A stretch of 64,000 bases of DNA, taken from assembly GCF_009914755.1 (NCBI RefSeq), contig NC_060938.1; one strand, written 5' to 3'. Below are positions 32,046-51,077 of this stretch, piece after piece. The stretch is from the human T2T-CHM13v2.0 reference genome, Homo sapiens. Positions within the stretch are counted from its first letter, which is position 1; the number at the start of each line of letters is the position of its first letter. The notes below the pieces were generated by a model that was not told the origin of the DNA, made no database searches, and saw only the letters and a list, made by a program, of their open reading frames with translations. Made by a program: the position numbers and the translations under genes.

Positions 32046-33536
32046 GGGGAAGATTCTGTATACATAGTCTTCTTGGATCAAAGGATATGTCCTTTAAGGT
32101 TTTTCACATATATTGCTAATACCATAAAGCTTGTGTATTTGTATCCCACAGTTTCCTGACCCACAAAACAAGGAATGTATGTCCATTTCCATGAAATCTT
32201 GACAACATAGGAAATTGTCATTAAAAAGTACCCAAAATCGTTTATAGAGTATTTGATGAAAAATGATTATTTTATTGTTGGAGTTTTTATTTCTTTGATT
32301 AGTAAGGAGGTTGAGATTTGTTACATGTTTTTGGTTATATGTATTTCTTCTTTCATACATTCTTTGTGTAATTTGCTGAGTCTTCTTACTTGATATTTAT
32401 TTTTCTTGCTGATTTATAAGAGCTCTTATTGTATTAATAACACTAACCCTTTGTCACACAAGCACTCATTAGACAAACAAGGGATGATGACACAATATTT
32501 CTGTTATTTTTCCTTAATGTTATTTCAAAAGTGCATTTCTGTGAATTGATACAAATCACAAACTTGTCCTTTAGAAAGCTGCTTAATATCTCACATGTAT
32601 ATTTTCCAATTTAAACAATGTATAGATACTTTCCAAAATGTTCACGGACTTCCTCAGTGTTGAAGTAGTATTTTATTAAGAATGTAATGCAGAAATATGC
32701 TAATACTAAACTAGGTTTCCACTCCTTTGTTGTAGGATCTAGGCAACTGTTAAACCATGATAAATTAACAATAAAAATACAAAAAATCTGTGACACTAAT
32801 ACCATTCACATTAACAATCAATGATGCTGCTTTGCTAAATGAAGCAATTTCTTAAAATATTAACATGGTGCTATTAGTGTGCATTTTTGAGTTCTGCATT
32901 ATTATTCTACCTTGTAGGGTGTGAGTATTCAGTTATTCTGTGACTTTTCTCTATTTGAACTATGGTGAGTCTTTCATGAATACAGGAAATGAATTTGGTC
33001 CTCACTTGGGAATAATTTACCCAGTGATACTAAATTAAAAGATGGTAATGGATTATTGAAAATATGTTTATATTAATTCCTTTAGATTTTTATCTAAATA
33101 TAAACAAAAAATATAAAATTTTTTATAGAACACACTTAAACAGTGGTTTGAGAACTTCTAATCCAGATCAAAGTTATCTTTGCTCTTCACCTATACTTAG
33201 GCATTTGGGTTGATAAAAAATTTGCAGGAAATAATATAGAAATGTAAGAGGGGTAAGTGAATCATGAAAGGTTTTATCTTGACAAAATTATCATTCGAAA
33301 TCTTTTTTTTAATTTTAATTTAATTTTTTTTATTATACTTTAAGTTTTAGGGTACATGTGCACAATGTGCAGGTTTGTTACATATGTATACATGTACCAC
33401 GCTGGTGTGCTGCACCCATTAAATCGTCATTTAACATTAGGTATATCTCCTAATGCTATCCCTCCCCCCTCCCCTCACCCCACAACAGGCCCCTGTGTGT
33501 GATGTTCCCCTTCCTGTGTCCATGTGATCTCATTGT

Positions 33537-37356
<3,820 letters not shown>

Positions 37357-37419
37357 TATGATGTTAGCTGGTTATTTTGCTCATTAGTTGATGCAATTTC
37401 TTCCTAGCCTCGATGGTCA

Positions 37420-38428
37420 TTACAGTTAGGCATGTTTTTGCAGTGGCTGGTAGCAGTTGCTCCTTTCCATGTGTAGTGCTTCCTTCAGGAGCTCTTTTAG
37501 GGCACGCCTGGTGGTGACAAAATCTCTCAGCATTTGCTTGTCTGTAAAGTATTTTATTTCTCCTTCACTTATGAAGCTCAGTTTGGCTGGATATGAAATT
37601 CTGGGTTGAAAATTCTTTTCTTTAAGAATGTTGAATATTGGCCCCCACTTGCTTGTAGAGTTTCTTCTGAGAGATCCGCTGTTAGTCTGATGGGCTTCCC
37701 TTTTTGGGTAACCCGACCTTTTTCTCTGGCTGCCCTTAACATTTTTTCCTTCATTTCAACTTTGGTGAATCTGACAATTATGTGTCTTGGAGTTGCTCTT
37801 CTCGAGGAGTATCTTTGTGGCATTCTCTGTATTTCCTGAATCTGAATATTGGCCTGCCTTGCTAGATTGGGGAAGTTCTCCTGGATAATATCCTGCAGAG
37901 TGTTTTCCACTTGGTTCCATTCTCCCTGTCACTTTCAGGTACACCAATCAGACGTAGATTTGGTCTTTTTACATAGTCCCATATTTCTTGGAGGCTTTGT
38001 TCATTTCTTTTTATTCTTTTTTCTCTAAACTTCTCTTCTCACTTCATTTCATTCGTTTGATCTTCCATCCCTGATACCCTTTCTTCCAGTTGACTGAATT
38101 GGCTGCTGAGGCTTGTGCATTCGTCACGTAGTTCTCGTGCCATGGTTTTCAGCTCCATCAGGTCCTTTAAGGACTTCTCTGCACTGGTAATTCTAGTTAG
38201 CCATTTGTCTAATTTGTTTTCAAGGTTTTTAACTTCTTTGCCATGGGTTTGAACTTCCTCCTTTAGCTTGGAGTAGTTGGATCGTCTGAAGCCTTCTTTT
38301 CTCAACTTGTCAAAGTCATTCTCTGTCCAGCTTTGTTCCATTGCTGGTGAAGAGCTGTGTTCCTTTGGAAGAGGAGAGGCAGTCTGATTTTTAGAGTTTC
38401 CAGTTTTTCTGCTCTGTTTTTTCCCCAT
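37420..38428 (-). pseudogene. L1 ORF1, interrupted
   Basis: MGKKQSRKTGNSK start; stop after NEMK; further frameshifts. Confidence 0.95.
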
Positions 38429-39720
38429 CTTTGTGGTTTTATCTACCTTTGGTCTTTGATGATGGTGATGTACAGATGGGTTTTTGGTGTGTATGTCCTT
38501 TCTGATTGTTAGTTTTCCTTCTAACAGTCAGGACCCTCAGCTGCAGGTCTGTTGGAGTTTGCTGGAATTCCACTCCAGACCCTGTTTGCCTGGGTATCAG
38601 CAGCGGAGGCTGCAGAACAGTAGATGTTGGTGAACAGCAAATGTTGCTGCCTGATTGTTCCTCTGGAAGTTTTGTCTCAGAGGAGTACCCTCTGAGGGTA
38701 CTGTGAGGTGTCAGTCTGCCCCTACTGGGGGGTGCCTCCCAGTTAGGCTCTTTGGGGTCAGGGACCCATTTGAGGAGGCAGTCTGTCCATTCTCAGATCT
38801 CCAGCTGTGTGCTGGGAGAACCACTACTGTCTTCCAAGCTGTCAGACAGGGACGTTTAAGTCTGCAGAGGTTTCTGCTGCCTTTTGTTTGGCTATGCCCT
38901 GCCCCCAGAGGTGGAGTCTGCAGAGGCAGGCAGGCCTCCTTGAGCTGCATTGGGCTCCACCCAGTTCGAGCTTCCTGGCTGCTTTGTTTACCTACTCAAG
39001 CCTCGGCAATGGCGGGCACCCCTCCCCCAGCCTCACTGCCGACTTGCAGTTAGATCTCAGGCTGCTGTTTTAGCAATGAGCGAGGCTCCGTGGGCCTAGG
39101 ACCCTCCGAGCCAGGTGTGGGATATACTCTTCTGGTGTGCCGTTTGCTAAGACTGTTGGAAAAGTGTGGTATTAGGGTGGGAGTGACCCGATTTTCCAGG
39201 TGTCATCTGTCACCCCTTTCTTTGACTAGGAAAGGGAATTCCCTGACCACTTGTGCTTCCCAGGTGAGGCGATGCCTCACCCTGCTTCAGCTCAAGCTCG
39301 GTGCACTGCACCCACTGTCCTGCACCCCCTGTCTGACACTCCCCAGTGAGATGAACCTGGTACCTCAGTTGGAAATGCAGAAATCACCCATCTTCTGCGT
39401 CGCTCACACTGGGAGCTGTAGACTGGAGCTGTTCCTATTCGGCCATCTTGGCTCCACCCCCTGAAAATCTTTGATTTAGACAAAGTCAACTCATCTCTTA
39501 ATCCTATAACAATTTGAGCATACTTTTATTACTATACTTTCCTTGTCACATTATAATGTATTACATGTGTTCAAGATAGATCATGAACTCCTATAGAAGC
39601 TAACTTTTTATCACTGTATCTCCAGCATCTGAGTCCACCTACCTTGTTTGAAGTGCTTAAAAATGTTTATTTTGTTGAACCACTATATACTTATTGTATT
39701 TAAAATTGTTAACTTGTATG

Positions 39721-39786
39721 TTTTCTGTCCAGAAATGTAATCTGACCATGTGGCAACTCTGCAGTCACTCAGGACCTATTCTGGCT
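39721..39786 (+). repeat. Isolated 66-bp copy of the LTR segment at 31406-31471
   Basis: Ungapped manual alignment, 59/66 identical. Confidence 0.85.
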
Positions 39787-40424
39787 ATTGTAACTCTGTT
39801 TATTTTTGCTTTCTACATTTTGAGGCTATTAGATGAATTACCTATAAACTTGGAATTCTTAAATCTTATAAGTAAATAAAAACTTTACCACTGTGTAATT
39901 ATTCCATCTCTAATGATACTTTTTGTCCTAAAGTCTATCACTAACCTCACTTTCCTTTTGCTTATATGTGCCTGAGGCACAAAGGTGATTTTTTTTTTTA
40001 ATATTGAATCCATCTCTTTTTTTTTTTACATGGCAAATCTAAACTACTTACCCCATTATGACCAATGAAATATCTGAACTTGTGGTATTTATCCACATTT
40101 TGCTCTGTTTTAAATATTTTAGTTGTTTTTCTCCTTTTTTATTGAATGCATTTTTTATTTGTTAATTTATTTTCTTCTTATTTTTTCCCTCAATCTGTGT
40201 GAAAACTCTTGAAATTTTACCATACATGCTTAACAAAATCTAAATATCTTAACCTTTTCTCCAAATGATAGAAAGGCTTTAGAACAATTTAATTCTGATC
40301 ACCTACCTTCCAAATATTATGTCATTGATGTCCTGTCCTGTATTTTAGTTTGATCCTTTAATTATTATGGGAATTAAAGTAAATTAAATGAATTACTATA
40401 GTAATATTATAGTCATTTTTATAG

Positions 40425-40600
40425 TAATCCTAAGAACCTACTGAAACTGATGGTAGTATTGCCTCATTTTAAAGATGAAGAGACTGAGGTGCAGGGACCT
40501 AAGTGTTCTTGTCCCAGATCACATGGGACAAGACTTGGCAGAGCCAAGACCTGAGCCCAGACTTAGTGCCTCCAAAGGCTATGCTCCTTCTATTATTCCA
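40425..40600 (-). mobile_element. MIR SINE
   Basis: 'cctcattttaaagatgaagagactgaggtgcagg..taagt...ggcagagccaagacctgagcccag'. Confidence 0.75.
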
Positions 40601-42419
40601 AACTGCCCAAGGAATGAACATTAGCCAGTATGGGCCCTCTTCATTCCCCATCCATGGGTCTCACATTTCTTTTTAGACTGGCTAATATAGGAAAAAAAAA
40701 TTTCATCCGTTAGTATTTTATAATAAATGTCCTTTTAATTTGAATATAAGAATTTTTTCCTTCTGTGTTTAGGAAAGTGCTTTGAATCAGTGGATTTATA
40801 ATGTTTTTGACATCTAATAATGGATGGAAAAAATGGGTGTGGCATCATTTCTACCACAGCAACAAGAGCAAAGATTGTATATTTTGAAGATTCCATGCTA
40901 CTTCAGTCTATTCAAAATTTCTGGGGAAATATTTTGATATACTTAAATATTTTTCATTTAAACATTTCATTATACTTTAAAATATTTCGTATTAAAAGTA
41001 ACTCAAATTATATTTAATTGTTTGCTGATAAAGCTGTTGAAGAAACTGAAATTATATTAAGTAGTTTTAATGTTTTTTGGCTTTGTGTTTTTCTTTTGAT
41101 TTAAAGAGAGTTGTTACAGAAGAAACCTGACAATAATAGATGATATTGAGGCATATATAACCTCTTGGTTTTCTTTTCTGAAGATCTTTGAGGTGGTTTC
41201 TGGCACAGGAAGTTAATAGATAACTCTGTACCAGGAAGCAGTAGTGCACACTTGCTTTCTTTTAAGTTATTTTAAAGACAGTGCTTGTTGTTTACTTGAC
41301 TTTTTGAAAATACAATATATAGAATGAGGAATCCTTGAGGGATGCCATATGAAGATATTCACTGATATTTTATAAAAGTTTTGAAAGTTCGGGGTTTGAT
41401 TCTATTTCTTCTCAAGTCTAGAGTTTAAAAGTAATTTAAGAACGAAACAAATTAGAGACAGGGAACTTTTAGTTTGTGGGCTCACCGATAACATTTTGAA
41501 AAACTCTTTCTATTAGGCACTGCAGTTTTTCATTAGATTTCAATAGCCCCTTTTCTCTTTCCCTCTGACACGTTGCAAGTAACAAATCTGTACAATTGGA
41601 ACATAACACTTTACTGTGGCTTAGCATTAATTGTCTTTCTTACCACAGACAAATAGAATTTAAAACAATGCTTTGAAGAATATTAACATGAAGTGCAGTC
41701 TTTTCACTTTTCAGTCATGCAGAGAAGTGATTTTGAAGTGACATTAACTTTCAAATAAAATTCTGTTGAGAAATCTTATAATGCCCACCCCACCCCACCC
41801 CCCCCTTTTTTTTTTGGTCTTTGGAAGACTTCCTAGCTATAATTTTTGAAATTCTTTAGGTGCATTCATATTTTTAGATTGCTTCCCATAAGTCAAAATA
41901 ACTTGGTACTATAGAGCTTTAAAGTTTAATACTAATGGTTTTAAATAATGCTCTTTTTGAAAACCATGTTGGAGGTTTCTATTAACTTTTATCATTATAT
42001 GCCTTGGAGACGTCTCTTAAAGAGACTTTCATAAAGCCACAGCTTCTCTAATCGATTTAAATCTCTTGCATCTGTGAATTTCATATTTGATTGCAGTTTT
42101 AACTCAATTCCAAGTTATATCTAAAAACCCTTTTTCATTTTGAGAGAAGTTTGTTGTTTGTAATTAATTTTTAAAAGTAATTTTGAGTAAATTTGAAGTA
42201 ATTTTAGTAAAGTGAATAAAAGTAAATTTGAGTAATTTTAAATGAGCCAAATAGAGTGTTGGGAAAACTTTTGTATGCATATTTTCCCCTGCTTTTGCAT
42301 GTAGGACTCCAGAAAGTCAAAACATCAAGGAATATTTGCCATTTCTTTAGGAATCTCATGACTTCCCTTTTTAGAACTTCTGTCAACATGTAAGTGGATG
42401 GTGCATTAATTTAATCTAA

Positions 42420-42810
42420 GATCACTGGTAGATCTTACTAATATTTCATCTACACTACTCAAAATAACAACGGTTTTTTATTTCATGTGATTCTAGGAGG
42501 CTTCTGAGTGGTTCTTCTGCTGCATGTTGTGTTGGCTGGGGTTCCTTAGGTAGGTTTGTTCACTTGGCAGATGGTCTAGCATGCAAGATCATCTGCACCT
42601 GTCTCATGTCTGGGACTGCAGTGTTGACTATTGGTTGGGGTAACTCAGTTATCCTCCATGTGGCCTTTCTCTTTTGGTAGTATTTTTTAAGAGCAAAGCT
42701 GCAAGCTAGTACAGCATCATTTTTTACCATATTTTATTGGTCAAAGCAAGTTACCCAGTTTCAAGGTGATGGAAATCGACCCTACCTCTTGATGAGAGAG
42801 ACAGCAAGTG
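42420..42810 (-). mobile_element. MaLR LTR (MLT1 family)
   Basis: 'ctcagttatcctccatgtggcct', 'cagcatcat..taccatattttattggtcaaagcaagtta'. Confidence 0.65.
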
Positions 42811-42829
42811 CAGTTCTAGCGTATTCTAG

Positions 42830-44212
<1,383 letters not shown>

Positions 44213-44769
44213 GCAATTGAGAAATTGGACTTGCTTGGTCTTGTGCCTCAACCATGAGAACATACTCAGGCTAGTCAGTGGGATGTTAAAAAAAAAAGTG
44301 GAGCTAAATTGAGTCTCCTCATCTGTACCAGCCAAAGCTATTCTAAGTTGCCAGACGGTCATCTAACACCAAAATATATGAAAGTGTTGGGCCAAGATCA
44401 GCAGAACCATTTGGTCTACTCCTAGGTGACTCTAAATGTGTTAGCATTAGATGCTTATCATTTCATGCTGCTGAAATTGTGTAATTTGTTTTATTGCATT
44501 ATTGTGACAATATGACTGATACAATGTCTAATACCATTACTCATTAAAATAAATCAGGGCTTCTCAGAGAAATAGATGATTTGAAGACTCGGGTAAAGAA
44601 GGTGAAAGGTAAGTGTTCAACATCTCATATGCAGGGAATCTTTCAAGGAATAATGAGGTTGACTTAAAAGGGCACAAAGTTCTGGAGTTGGATAGTAGTC
44701 ATGGCAGCACATCAGCATGAATGTACTTAATGCCACTTAATTGTACACTTACAAATGGTTAAAATGGCA

Positions 44770-45058
44770 TTATTTTTGTTTGTTTTGAGACAGTCGTGCT
44801 CTGTCGCCCAGACTAGGGTGCGGTGGCGCGATCTTGGCTCGCTGCAACCTCTGCCTCCCAGGTTCAAGCTTTTCTGCCTCAGCCTCAGCTGGGATTACAG
44901 GCGTGTGTCACCGTGCCCAGCTAATTTTTATAGTTTTAGTAGAGATGGGGTTTCACCATGTTGGCCAGGTTGGTCTTCAACTCCTGACTTCAAGTCATCC
45001 GACCACTTCTGCCTCCCAAAGTGCTGGGATTTACAGGCATGAGCCACCCCACCTGGCC
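44770..45058 (-). mobile_element. AluS inside an L1MB 3' end
   Basis: TSD aaaatggca (44761-44769 / 45059-45067). Confidence 0.92.
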
Positions 45059-45264
45059 AAAATGGCAAATTTTATGTTATGTTATTTTACCACAATTTTA
45101 ACAAAGGACACAGGAACCAGGTGAAAGGGATTCCTGCTGGTCAGTTATTTTAATATGAGCATTAAATTTGAGCCTCAAAAAATAATGATTGTACTATATT
45201 AAAACATATCAAATATGTGAAAATCTTGAGTCCATAATTATATTAGAAATAAAAAAAAGCAAGC

Positions 45265-45595
45265 TAAAGTGGTTGGTGGTTACTAGAGGCTGGGAAGGAT
45301 AAGGAGGAGGAGTGGGGATAAAGAGAGATTGATTAATGAGTACAAACATACAGTTAGATGGAAGAAATAAGACCTAGTATTAGATTCGTGGGATAACTGT
45401 AGTTAACAATAATCTATTATGCATTTCAAAATAGCTGGAAGAGAATAATTTGAATGTTCTTCACACAAAGAAAAGATAAATATTTACGGTGTTGGGTATC
45501 CCAATTACCCTGATTTGATCTTTACACATACGAATGTATCAAAATATCACATGTACCCTGAAAATATGTACATCTGTTATGCATCAGTATAAAAA
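45265..45595 (+). mobile_element. L1MA 3'UTR fragment
   Basis: 'tggttactagaggctgggaagg...aaaatagctggaagaga...cacatgtaccctgaaaatatgtac'. Confidence 0.8.
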
Positions 45596-46239
45596 CCAAA
45601 GTGAGAAAAACATTCATTCATCACCAATCGAGGTGACTATTATGCCAACATAAATATTCAACCTTAAGGGATCACAACAATGCAGGATCCTGCATTAGAT
45701 CTTTATTTAGTTAAGACGGGTGTAAATGCCATTTTTTGGGACAAATGGAGAATTTTTGGGGAAAACATATAACCTCATGGTAGAGATTGTTAATTGTCTT
45801 CAAATAGTCATTTTTTTTTCTTTTCTTCATTTAGAAATAGAACTCCTTGAGTTTTAGCAGCCATGAGACCTCCCAACTAGAGACTACATTTTCCAGTCGT
45901 CTTGTAGCTTGGGTTGGCTATGTCATTACTATAAATTTTGTAAAAATATGTTTTACATATAGCATTTCTTGTTATCCTTTGATTAATTTGGAAAGTAGAA
46001 AGCTAAATCTTAGTTATATATATGGTGTTCTACAGAATAATATGTTCCAAGTGTGTAGCTTTCTGATGAAGTGGCTTAATACAGGGTAACACCAACTAAG
46101 GTAACCACAGCGAGGAAGTTATGATATCTTTTAGATCAGCGTTTCAAACTGGGTTCTGTAGATGGCAGGACAAAAGAGGGTCTCTACAAATGTTTAATTT
46201 TAATTTGCTTTAAATTTGTTTTAATTCATTTATTCATTC

Positions 46240-46612
46240 TTTTTTTCAACTTTTAGATTCAGGGGTACATGTGCAGGTTTGTTACAAGAGTATAATGTGT
46301 GATGCTGAAGTTTGGAGTACAGTTGAACCCATCACCCAGCTAGTGAGCATGATACTGAGTAGGTAATTTTTAAGCCTTTGTCCCCCGCACCCTTCCCCCT
46401 CTTGTAGTCCTCACTGTCTATTGTTCCCATCTTTATGTCCATGTGTACCCAATGTTTAGCTCCCACTTATAAGAGAACAAGCAGTATTTGGCTTTCTGTT
46501 TCTACATTAGTTTGCTTAGGATAATGACCACCAGGTACATCCATGTGGCTGCAAAGGATCAGGTTTCATTCTTTTTCCGGCTGCATAGTACTCCATGGTG
46601 TATATGTACCAC
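46240..46612 (-). mobile_element. Old L1PA/L1PB 3' end
   Basis: 'ggggtacatgtgcaggtttgttac...tttagctcccacttataag'. Confidence 0.85.
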
Positions 46613-47489
46613 ATGGTTTAAATATTTTTTAAACAATATTTTAAACCACTTTAAAAAAGCAACTGTTATAAAATATGTTACCGACATCTCTATTTTAGTG
46701 ATGACAATTCTGAGGATGCAGTATGACAGCTGCTATTATTTGAGATTAATTTCTTGTGTGATTTAGGATTATTTTAATATTTGCCACAACAACAAAATAC
46801 GAAGACAGATTGGATAGTAAGGCTGGTGTGGCCACAGCTGACAACTATAACCACTAATTTAAAGATTTGAGGAGTCCATCTGAACAACGTCATTTTCTTT
46901 AAATGTGAACTAAACTTATATTAATAAAACACTATTTTATGTATTAGAGTTGAGTGCAGAATTTTATTTGACAAGAGGGTTTATTACTAAACGAAATTTG
47001 AAATCTACTTAGATTTTCCCTGTAGAATAGCAGTTGTCTGCACTGGGTTTTGGACAGGAATCATCAGGCAGATAATTTCCCATTTAGATGGATAGCCAGT
47101 GTCTGATAAAAGGGCACTTTGCCGTTGACTGAAAGAAGATCAATATACTCTATACATGGAGCATGGACAGTGAAGTTGCTGGTCAGAGCCTAATTTATAT
47201 TCAAAGGTTAGTGAAGGGCTACCCCACGTTGCTGCATTTGGGCACAGAAGTAAGGAAAACTTTTCTTATATTAACTCTGGATCTCCTCAGGTGCTAAACA
47301 GAGTCTTGTTTGAAGGCTGAGAGTTTTTTGTCTTAAAGATAGAAGAATATCCTTCCTTGAATATTTTTGAGGGCACAAATGGTTAAACACCTACATTTAT
47401 CACTATAACCTTAACATTAATCAATAAATATCAGTTTCTTTGGATGAGATTGTGTCTTGATTATTCCTCTAAAACTATGTCTTTATAGA

Positions 47490-47606
47490 GAGCAGTTTTT
47501 ACCATTATCTGGAAGCTTTTTAGGAATGTAGAATGTTAGGCACTACCCCAGACCTATTACATCTGAATCTGTGTTTTTAAAAGATCCCCAGGTGATTCAT
47601 AAGCAT
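47490..47606. mobile_element. MER5-type hAT-Charlie MITE
   Basis: 'ccccagacctatt...tctgaatctg..tttt.aaaagatccccaggtgattc...ttgagaaacact'. Confidence 0.75.
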
Positions 47607-47851
47607 ATTACCTTTTGAGAAACACTTCATAGCAAAGGGAACTCTGAGGCAATTCATTTAATTAATTAGTTGAATAGAGATTTAAAAAATATTGTCGCCT
47701 TGGATGACCCAATTCACAGTTTGGGTTTAATTATCAATATTTAAATGTTTTCCGGTCAATATCTGCCTAATAATATGAGCTTTTCTATAGCTAGGAGCAC
47801 AGTCTACTATAGAATTTGGTTATGGAAATTTCAGAATTTCAATGGGCTTTG

Positions 47852-47922
47852 TGTACCTTGCTCTGAATTGTACCTTGCTCTGAATTGTACCTTGCTCTGA
47901 ATTGTACCTTTCTCTGAATTGT
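47852..47922. repeat. 17-bp minisatellite (tgtaccttgctctgaat) x4
   Basis: Three perfect copies plus one with a single substitution. Confidence 0.95.
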
Positions 47923-49416
47923 GTGTGGTATTGAAACACCTGCAACTGGAATGTCAGGCAGTATTCTTGTCTGTTGTATTAACCATGACAACCCATCTTT
48001 TATGGTGTTCAGATTGTCAGTAATTTTGAACAATTAATAACTGATATCTTGTATCATTAAAACTGAAAGTTTTCAAAATATTTTAACATGCATTATCTTA
48101 TTTAGACTTCACTGTAACTCTGTGTGGTAGTTTTTTAAAATCCCCATTATAGAAGTAAAGAATCTGTCCAAGGATGATGGATTATACTGATCACAGAGAG
48201 TAAATGGTAGAGGGCCTGGGCTTGAATTCAGGTTACCTGACTTCTAATTTAATACTTTCTTCACCACACAATTTTTCTTCTCTTCTTGTGGATTTTGTTT
48301 ATCTCGGAATTTTCTTAAATACCATGTTATCCAGTATACAGGAGGCAATGGCATATAACTCAAAGAAATTGATCTTTTAATATAAACTGTATCTGTGTTC
48401 TGCCCTAACTCTAGCCAAGAAGAAAGCTTTACTAAGTTTAAAGTTGCCTGTGCTCAATTCAATTATAATCTGCCCTTAAACTTAATAATTCTAGGATCTT
48501 AAAGCAAAATATACAACCTTTTCTTTATGATTTTTGTTTATAGATTCCTACTTGAAGAAGAATGAGGTAGCACTCATTTCAGATTTATTATCATTTTAAA
48601 CAAGAAGCTTCCTCCTAGTTACAGGGATATTCATGAAAATATTATAAATAATGGCTATTTGTAGCACTTGAAGGGCTTTATTAATAAGTTATGTCAAGCC
48701 ATCTAATGCATTCTCCTCGGAGTTATTATTCACCAACACTTTATAGATTAGATATCTGTTTTTATATTGCTTTTGAAATGTGGTAGGATTTTTATATTCA
48801 GGAAAATATTCTTTTGTTTCTCTGTTCAGTTTATTTGACGGTATGATTTACTCAGTTTAGGTATCATTTCCATGTAAAATTTACACATTGGAATTCGTAG
48901 TTATTATAAAATAATTGTCTCTGTGGCTTCAAAACTGCCCTTTTGATTTCTAGGATCACTCATTTACTTTCTTCTTATTGTAAACAATCACATATATTAT
49001 TTGTATCTGGCTAATTGTTTATCATAACTTGATTTTGGTTCTTCAACTACGGTATTTGTTTGCAGCTCCAGAAAATATATACACTATATTCTAAGTGTCT
49101 AAGACTATTTTTCTTGGGATAATTAACTTGTCTTGATTAGTTATAAAATAAGTGGACTTCAAATTTAGGATATTTCACTCTACCTTTGCATCCTCTCTTG
49201 ATTTGCCTTCAGGATATCGCTAGTGGAATGTCCTGCTCCCAACTGAGGTTTTGTGGCTTGAAAATAAGGTTCAGTTTGTCTTCCTTACCAAATAGGCACC
49301 CTTTCTGACTACCCAGACTCACCATCTTTACAAGATCTCAGGGCTTCAGCTTTGCTGTGATTTGGTGCTCCTTTCCCCCTTTGCATCCTGCATTTAGTTT
49401 GTGGCCAGCTTTGGTT

Positions 49417-49822
49417 CTGGAGGCTGAATTCTGTCTATGCCCTTTGTCCCCAAATTATATGTTGAATTCGTAACTCCCTCTACCTCAGAATGTGACTGTA
49501 TTTTGAGACCCCATCTTTAAAGAGGCAACTGAGTTTAAATGAGACCATCAGGGTGGGCACTAATCCAATATGACTGGTGTCCTAATGAGAAGAGGAAATG
49601 AGGACACAGACGTACACAGAGGGAAGACCATGTGAAGATGTTCTTCTAGACAGGAGAAGATGGCCATCGATAAGCCAAGGAGACAAGCCCTCAGGAAAAA
49701 CTAATGTAGCTGATATCTTGATCTTGGACTTCTAGCCTCCAAAACTAGAGGAAATACATTTCTGCTGTTTAAGCTGCCCAGGCTGTGATGCTATGTCATG
49801 GGAGCTGTAGCAGACTAGTACA
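49417..49822 (+). mobile_element. MaLR solo LTR (MLT1B-like)
   Basis: 'acctcagaatgtgactgtattt', 'taatccaatatgactggtgtcct', end 'gcagactagtaca'. Confidence 0.88.
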
Positions 49823-50246
49823 CTTGGCAGTTCTCTGTAGGGTCTCTTGAATTTGGACCAGCTGAAGAGTATATTTTGATTATTTATTATCACTTTATTT
49901 ATAGAGTATCTAAAACAGCACTATATTTTACCTACTTTGGCCTAATTGAGAGATCAGTTATTTTGGGAAAAAAAATTATTTGTTCTGTGATTCTCAATTT
50001 AGAGTAACCTCCTTGAGGAACTCATTCTTTAGGGTCCTTTGCACTAAATGCTTGTCCCAATTACAGCACTTTATCACACTTATCACACTAATTACAATTG
50101 TATATTTTATCACTTCTCTGTCCTACCCACTAGCTTGTAAATGCCTAAGGTCAGAGATTGATTTTTAAACATTATTCTATTCATACCACTTAGCATAGTG
50201 CCTGACACGAAGAATGTGCTCAATAAATATTTATGAATAAATTACT

Positions 50247-50642
50247 CTGTATTAGTATCAGTCAGGATGCTGAGATTTTTGCAGTAACAATCTCCAAGTA
50301 TCAATGTCTTAAAACATCAAAAATTTCTTTCTTGCTTATGATACATATCATTGTGGTTGTGCTGGAGGCTCTCTCTGTGTTATCCTCACTGCTGGGTCTA
50401 GGTTCTGGGAGCAGCCCACCACTTAGGGTATTGCCTGTCACTGTGGCAGAGGAAAAAGGAGAGCATGGTGAGTCTTGTAGCAGCTCATAAGTCTTCGGCA
50501 CATATCATTTCTGGTCATATATCCTTGATCAGAGCAATTCACATAGCCACATATGATGCCATTGAGGGGAGGGAATTGCCATCCTATCATTGCCAGGAGT
50601 AGAGAAAAGCCAGAGATATTTGTGAACAGCATTAGTGACTGT
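50247..50642 (-). mobile_element. MaLR LTR (old MLT1)
   Basis: 'cagtcaggatgc..tgcagtaacaa', 'gtggcagagg.aaaaggagagcatgg', 'atttgtgaacagcattagtgact'. Confidence 0.65.
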
Positions 50643-50697
50643 CAAAACTCCCATACGTGGCAAATTGTTTCATTTATGATTCGCTCTTTTAATTTGC

Positions 50698-50818
50698 TTT
50701 TTTTTTTTTTTTTGATACAGAGTCTCACTCTGTCACCTAGGCTGGAGTGCAGTGGCACAGTCTTGGCTCACTGCAACCTCTGCCTCCCGTGTTTAAGGGA
50801 TTCTTGTGCCTTAACCTC
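50698..50818 (-). mobile_element. Alu right-arm fragment
   Basis: T-tail plus ~105 bp of Alu 3' arm. Confidence 0.85.
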
Positions 50819-51077
50819 ATAAATGTATTAGTGTCTGTGGTATTCATGGATTTAATCTCTGGTTGGCATAGAAGTGCATGTGGGTTATTACTACGTAACT
50901 GCTTCATTATTTAATATAAAGTTCTTACAAGAGAGCCAACTATGTGTGATCTCAAATTACTGTTTTTTTTTCTGTCAAAACACAGCTTCTCCCAATATAG
51001 ATGACCATGATGCTGTTGAGAAACCTGAAAATATTATACCCTTTCTAAGCAAGCCAGGATAATATGAATCTATAGTG

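Noticed and set aside
39009-39464. Intact L1 ORF0 in the minus-strand L1
   Set aside because: The ATG at 39009 reaches TAG after 14 codons; the 124-aa track ORF starts at a non-ATG codon
42160-42245. Degenerate agtaa(a/t)ttt repeats
   Set aside because: Low-complexity AT-rich sequence without a stable period
47852-47922. CRISPR-like array
   Set aside because: Contiguous tandem units with no spacers, and no cas genes in this primate DNA
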